A stretch of DNA of 63,265 nucleotides, filler included, from Intoshia linei (taxonomy: Eukaryota > Animalia > Orthonectida), in the NCBI GenBank assembly GCA_001642005.1. It is 6 parts of 6 records of this genome, joined end to end, with 100 filler letters (N's around TTAATTAATTAA, not from the genome) between each part and the next. Parts side by side here need not be neighbours in the genome. Positions count along the whole stretch, not along the records: positions 55,726 to 61,881 come from LWCA01001704.1; positions 61,982 to 63,265 come from LWCA01002712.1; 4 more parts are not named here. One strand, written 5' to 3'. How positions within the stretch are numbered: the first letter of the stretch is position 1; each line of letters begins with the position of its first letter. Below, in pieces: positions 56,539-63,265 of this stretch. Below the pieces are notes generated by a model. That model searched no databases. It saw only the letters and a list, made by a program, of their open reading frames with translations, and was not told the DNA's origin. A program made the position numbers and the translations under genes.

Positions 56539-57112
56539 TTATTCTGACAATATCTGATCTGGAGAAAAATACCAATAAAAAAGTGAAAAGTAAGTGAGTG
56601 CTGGAGAAATAAAATTAATTTTTTTTTTATTGTAAGTATTGTAAATCATTCTGACCAAGCGATTGTTTGTAATAAAATTGATGTATATACCACTGAAAAG
56701 GAATAAGTTGTAACTTTGTTTAATTCTGCATAAAATTGGAGTAGGTTTTATCATGTGAAGAAAAACGCTAAAATTGCACATTAGACAACCTAAAAGTATT
56801 GTTGTAGTCAGTTCTCGTGCACTTGATTTTACAACTGGATGTTGAATATTTTTCAAAAATAATATTCCTGTTAAAACTACAAATAGAATTCTAATTAATG
56901 GTACAATTATATTTTATATATTCACAATAAAACCAGTAAAATTGGAGCAATTGCATATACAGAGGTTAAATTAAAATAAAAAGGATTTATTTGATCACAT
57001 CCAGTTCTGTTTGCATCCGGCCATCTTCCAACGGGACACATTTTGCATGTTACACTGTTTAATTTGTATTCCCAGTTGTTACATTTTATACATGTCCAAC
57101 ATCAGGATGTGT
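56539..57112 (-). pseudogene. Class C GPCR (metabotropic glutamate receptor-like) fragment, probably degenerate
   Basis: Cys-rich domain S*CWTCIKCNNWEY..TCKMCPVGRWPDANRTGC; HPVVKSSAREL; TM3 end TNNRLVR; FISP. In-frame TGA in the CCW motif and premature end in TM4. Confidence 0.75.
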
Positions 57113-59189
57113 CTAATTTACATGTTAAAATTTAACACGTGGGATTTGAAACTGGAGGATTAAGAGGTCATTTTTCATAATGTTTGGTAAAATCGTATTT
57201 TTAGCAATAAAAATATTGAAAAAACAGGATTTTACACTTAAGGATTGGTATACTTGCATTTTTTATTGTGGGGTTGGATTAAGAGGTTTTTTCTCATCAG
57301 GTTGGTAAAATCAGATTTTTCAAAAAAATATCTGTATGAATGAATAAACGTCTGTATAATATAAATGAGTGGATCCAAAAATATAAAAAAATTGTTATCA
57401 ACTTTGGTTTATTTTTATAGGAAAATTTTTAATATTTATTACAGAGTTGCTAAATTTTAGGAATTTATCCCAAATCTAAGACGCCGCTACATTATCATTT
57501 CAAAAACACCACTTTTATCTCATTTTTAATAATATTTAATAAAAAATACCATTTTATACCCTCAGCGAAAAATCGACTTAGCAAACCCCAAAATAAAGAA
57601 TTTTTTTAATTTTCTTGTTTTCTTTGGATCAAAAAAAAATATATTTTGAAATGAGTCCGTACACTATTTGAATCGGGAACCACTGATCCAAATGAATGAT
57701 CCGTTATATTTGGTACGTTTTTACTCTGGTTGCTTTATGATAAGTGGATTTTTGTCTAAGGGTTTGAAATAATAATATTGACATAAATCATATTTACTCT
57801 TTACCAAAGTTGTTACAGGATGACCTAATTTTATAACAAAAAATTTTTGAAAGAGGTTGCTGAAGGTATGAAAAATTATTTTAAACGTTGTTTAGATTGT
57901 CTACTGCTAGCCTCACAGTTTCCGTCCGTATCAAAATTGATATTTATAATTTTATTTTGCAAAGATTTAAAATAAAATTTGCTCACTATTGTGTGATAAT
58001 AACAAATGTTATGTAAATGTAGAAAGAATTATTCCAGTTACTACTAGAATCACTACTAGTTTAAATTTAAATTTTAAACAAAATTTTTTGAAAATGAGAA
58101 TTTTCACCGGGAATGCATAGACTTCTAGGGTTGAAATTTTGTATTTATATCAAATGGAATAAGTTATATCAGAATAATCCTTTTATTTTAATTGTAGGAC
58201 CATTAATTATTTCAAATTTTTTGTTTAAATAAAATTATTTCGAAATAAAAAAAAATGAATTTTAAAGTTCTTTTTTGACCGTGAAGGCGTCACTTATTCA
58301 GATTGAAAATTTTTTTTTTTCACAGGATACAACTGTACTATCTGTAATTTTTTTTAAAATCTAAAGTTGTTTTCATTTAAAAAAAAATGGTAATGTGGAG
58401 TTTAGATAGTGAAAATTATTTTTTTTGATGTTTCCATTTATGATTATGCTTATGATTTTAAAAACTATCCCAGAATTTATGTTTAAAAAATTTTTAGGAT
58501 ATGTTTCATTTTTAAAACAAAGGGTAATTTGGGGTTTAACATGAAGGTAACCGTTTCTGAGGCTAAGATTAACGACAATATTAATGCTTTTAAAACGTGT
58601 TCCATATTTTTGAAATTCCGTATGAAATTTTTGCATTGATTTTGGGCTGATTTTTTTAAACAAAATGGGAAATTGGGTTTTTAACCTTGAAGGATTCAAA
58701 TTTTGAAACTGAAAAATGGATAAAAACACGTCCTAGGAAAAACGTTATTATAAATTAAGTTTTTTTAAATCCTGCAACTGTCAATTTTTTTAATAAATAA
58801 TTACACACACAGACATTCATTTTTATATACATTTTTTTGTATGTAAAAGATATCAAAATTTAATTAAAATACGAGAAACATTCAGGTAATACTAAAATTT
58901 TCTTTAAAAATTAATTTTATTTATTCAAATTATTATAAAACTATACTACACGTACAATTCATTTTTTATTATTTTGTTAATTTCACCGCTGTGTTCAGCA
59001 GTAATATATTACTAAATATAAAATAGAAAAACAAGTACAGTGGTAATTCAATCATAAGTACTGATAATTGCATAATAAATTTCGACAATATTAATTTTAA
59101 TATAATAATTAATTTTCGCACCGTTAATTATTTCACATTTTTTGTTTTAATAAAATATTTTTTAAGTCTAACGACTGAGCACAGAGATT

Positions 59190-59520
59190 TTCTAAGTAAA
59201 TAATGCAGTGACATATGATTAGATCATCTGAATTATATTCATGTATCTCAGATTATTATTAATTAAATTAATAAGGCCTTTATGAGTACCTACCATGAAT
59301 GGTGCTCCATCTGTGGAAATGCCACAAAATTTACCAAAAGATAGATTATAGTCTTAAATCATAGATTTAACATTACAATACAGATCTTGTCGAGTTGTAG
59401 TTCCATACATGGGATTCAAACTAAGTAACTCCTCTGTAATGTTAAAATTAACATCAATCCCAGTAATAAATACAGCTAATTGTGCCGTGCTGGTAATATC
59501 CACTGTTTCGTCAATAGCCA
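59190..59520 (-). mobile_element. hAT (SPIN/GTF2IRD2-like) transposase relic
   Basis: LAIDETVDITSTAQLAVFI..EELL..GTTT..STDGAPFMVG. Confidence 0.85.
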
Positions 59521-60348
59521 AAACTACTTATCTATGATGACGAATAAAAATTTTCGGCTTAAAATTTATTCCAAATAAATTAAAAGTGATGGTACGTATT
59601 TTTTTGACCACTTTAATTTATACTTATATTTAATGTCCATTGACGTTGAAACCAGATACAACACTGATTCAATTTTCATAGATTTTCTTAGAAAAGGTTG
59701 TCTCTTTGATTCAAATTTAAATTATTACAATTAAGGATTTCTGCACGATTTTTTAACAACTTTTACCAAAACCTTTTACATTTACCAAACCTACTGAAAT
59801 TGAGTGTTTGGTGGCTAAATATTTTTGAGACTGATTTTAATATTCGTCAAACAATTTAATCAATTTTATTTTATCATTTATCTACAAATCATTTCTTTTT
59901 CTTTTCAAATTTAAATTCATATTGAATGGTTACTTTTCTGAAATTTATAAGTAACGTGATTGAAAATTAATACAAATTTATGTTTATTTACACAAATTCA
60001 TATTCACAGTTCATATTGAACAGAAACCACTGTATTTTAAATTTTCTTATGACAGAAAACTGGACGATGGTATCAAATAATATTGATTGTATATAATATA
60101 ATCAATAATAAAATTTTCTAAAATTAGTCCCAAATCAACTGATATACAATTAATATTACAAGAAATAGTTACCTACATGATACATTTAAAATCAGATATG
60201 TAACGCAAATATAAAATAAATATATAATACATAATTGAGACCAAGAAAACTAGTTTATATTTAGGACTATCCAGAATAATACATGGTAATATATTGATCA
60301 AATAATTTATAATTAAATGAAATTGGAATTAAACTAAAATATTAGGAT

Positions 60349-61122
60349 ATGAATAACGAAAAGCTAGCTAGCAAAAGCTACTACACATATGACGGAATAA
60401 AATACCCAAGTACTTTAAAGATTGAATCAATAAAAAATATAAATTACATGAATTTAACAAATAAAGATGTTCTCATTGCGTCATATCCAAAATCTGGAAC
60501 TCTTTTGATAAGTAACATTGTTTTTTTGTTAAAAAAAAATGCTGCCAATGAAAAGGAAAATTTAATAGACAGCAAAAACAACTTTAAAGATTTAACATTT
60601 TTCATTGATATTGAAACGGAGGGAAAATCAAATTTACAAAAAGTTAACGAGTCAAATGAATCAAAAATTTTACGAACTCATTTACTACCTAAATATGTGT
60701 CTAGTCAAATTGAACAAAGTGACACTAAAACAATTTACATTATTCGAAACGCGAAAGATGTGCTAGTTTCATATTATAATTTCATGAAATATACTTATGA
60801 TGGTACATGGGATGAATGGTATCAACTTTTTAAAGATAAAAAATTAGTGTTTGGAGATTATTTTGATCATGTTAATGCATGGAGAGAATATTCTAATCAT
60901 GGAAAAATTTTATTTGTACATTATGAAAATGTTCTTACATGTCCAAAAATTGAAATTGAAAAAATTGCTAGATTTTTAAATATTCACATTTCAGGGAATG
61001 TTGTAACGAAAATTGCACAAGCATGTTCTTTTGATAATATGAAATCAAATTTTGAAGAAAAATTTAAAAGTATTGAACCTAAAATGAATTACTTTAGAAA
61101 AGGTCAAGTTGATTCATGGAAG
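60349..61122 (+). CDS. Cytosolic sulfotransferase (SULT1-like); last exon not seen
   Basis: 5'-PSB SYPKSGT, catalytic RTHL, 3'-PB RNAKDVLVSYY, FRKGQVDSWK followed by a GT donor at 61123. Confidence 0.93.
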
Positions 61123-62336
61123 GTACATTTTTATTGTAAAATTTAAGTCTAAATTAGGGGAGCCTCCCTAATCTTTAACCTAATCACCTGGAGTATAGTT
61201 TAGTAAATTTGATAAGTTTCATAAATTGACTTTTATATTATTGCTATGTAATTTATGATTTTTTAAAACTTTATCATTAACTGAAATATAACATTGTATA
61301 ATTTTGGTAACCTTTTTTCTACTAAATTTTTTTACGTATACATTACAATGTAATGTAATGTATTAAATTAATGATTTTATTTTTTATCGAATTCATTTTA
61401 TTTGCAACCTTTTTTTAGTGTTTTTAAAAACAAAACATTCAAGCTAGTCCATTACTGATATAAAATTGAATGTCTGTTTGTGTTACCGTTTATTTAAAAA
61501 ATTAAGAGTCGACGAATTTAAAAAGCCCAATTTATAATACAGTTTTTCGTGACCCATGTTCATGTTTAATTTTCATTTTCCGAAATTTGTTCTTCGCTGT
61601 GAAAAACCCAAATTTCTTTATTTTTTAAAATATAATCAGCCCAAAAATTTAAATAAATTAAAATCTGGGACGCATTTTAAAATCATTAACATTGTCGTAA
61701 ATCTCAGCGTCGGAAACGTACTTCGTACAACTGGGAGACAAACATGTTTACTTTTATCTTGAATATCTTCAATTATCCCAAAATTTAAATTTATCAAAAT
61801 TGCCAATGCGCCATAGGTTGTTCACTCCTGAATTGTATGATTCTATATTTATATTTTATTGTACTTTTTTTTTTATTTTATNNNNNNNNNNNNNNNNNNN
61901 NNNNNNNNNNNNNNNNNNNNNNNNNTTAATTAATTAANNNNNNNNNNNNNNNNNNNNNNNNNNNNNNNNNNNNNNNNNNNNTAATTTTGTCGTTACAAAT
62001 ATTGAATATAAACTTCTTTAAATAGATGTTGCTATTGACACTTAGTCCTATTGGTTAAATTTTAATTCTGAGTCATAATAAATATCAAGATATATAACTA
62101 AAGTCATTTACCGAATTATCGACATATTTTGGACTTATGTTGTTTTCCGGTTAGCGACCAATGACTACATATGTAGTCATTCCCAGTTCTAGTATCTCAA
62201 AACCTTAGAAATTTTACACATATTTAAATAACATATTTCGAAAATCATAATGTTTGACCAAGTATAAAGGGTGTCGGTCACTAATCGGTTAATAACAGAA
62301 ATTTTTCGCCTAGAACTAGACACAACCAAAGTGTGA

Positions 62337-63265
62337 ATGATAGTATTGAGTCGAACACATTCTCAAAATTTACTGATAAAATTGATAATTGATACACATG
62401 TACCTATAAATATTACAGAATTAAAACGTTTCGTTGATTACATTACATTCATATCTCCAAATACTACACTTCCTTCTCAAAATACTATAATATTTTATTT
62501 TAAAGATCAAACAAATGTGTTATTTTCAAAAATACATAAACATTTATCATTAGTTAATAATGTCTTAATTATTTTCGATATATGGTCAAACAAAAGTATG
62601 CGCTCTCATATTGGAATCATACTCGTTTATCAACTCAATGGTACATGGGTAGAAGTCTTGGTTTCATGTTCACTGTTCAGTCAACGACACACCGGTGTAA
62701 ATATTAGAAGTAAAATTGTTGAGCATATAAAATATTGGAATTTAAACAAGTTTTCAGCTATTGTTGCAGACAATGCTTCTAATAATGTAAAAGCTCTCAA
62801 TGTCGACGAATATGATTTTGATTAAGACATTCCTGAACAAAATAAAAATATGATAGATATTCAAAATACTCATTTTGTCAGATATTTTTCACACACTGTG
62901 CAACTGACTGTAAACGACATATTGAAAGATAAAAAAAAAATTGGAGGCATACTTAATATTGTTTCAAATCTTTGCAACTCCATAAGAAAATCGTGCATCA
63001 AAATGTACCAAATATATGAATGTCATCTCTCTACTCCAGTGATGAGATGTGATACTCGTTGGTCTAGTGATTTAAAAATGCTGGAACGTCTTGTGGAAAA
63101 CAACTAGTTTCTAGATATAATGGATAGTTTCAGTCATAGCTAAAAATATCAAATAGATTCACTCATTCGTATTCTCAAACCCTTTCAAATTGTTACTACA
63201 TTAACTCAAAAATCAGATATAAGCATATCTGACGTTATTCCCTTAGTCACTTACCTAAAAAAATC
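62337..63265 (+). mobile_element. hAT (Ac-like) transposase relic with stops
   Basis: DIWS, HTGVNI, ADNASN, SHTVQL, DTRWSS, LKPFQIVT. Confidence 0.9.

Noticed and set aside
57102-57104. Alternative genetic code or selenocysteine suggested by an in-frame TGA
   Set aside because: Single site in a degenerate fragment; intact genes translate with the standard code and HYDIN ends in TGA

Overview
Very AT-rich animal genomic DNA, not prokaryotic. Genes have many tiny GT-AG introns (about 35-50 nt) plus a few large introns filled with transposon debris; this fits a compact invertebrate genome such as an orthonectid (inference only). Five identical 100-nt spacers (N44-TTAATTAATTAA-N44) split the window into six contigs, so adjacency across them is uncertain. 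Reconstructed genes: Tousled-like kinase (5' part), a Ly6/three-finger last exon, an NPF/NPY neuropeptide precursor, RNase T2, a CREB-family bZIP gene missed by the ORF track, p70 S6 kinase, an ANKRD6/diversin-like gene, the HYDIN 3' end, a PLC-like (PRIP-type) gene with catalytic residues retained, a degenerate class C GPCR fragment and a cytosolic sulfotransferase. Decayed Tigger/pogo, mariner, hAT, piggyBac, PIF/Harbinger-like, Gypsy and Helitron elements are abundant and often nested. The most notable item is an endogenous fragment of a nodavirus-like RNA-dependent RNA polymerase (about 2575-2985), between transposon ends and antisense within what appears to be a TLK intron.
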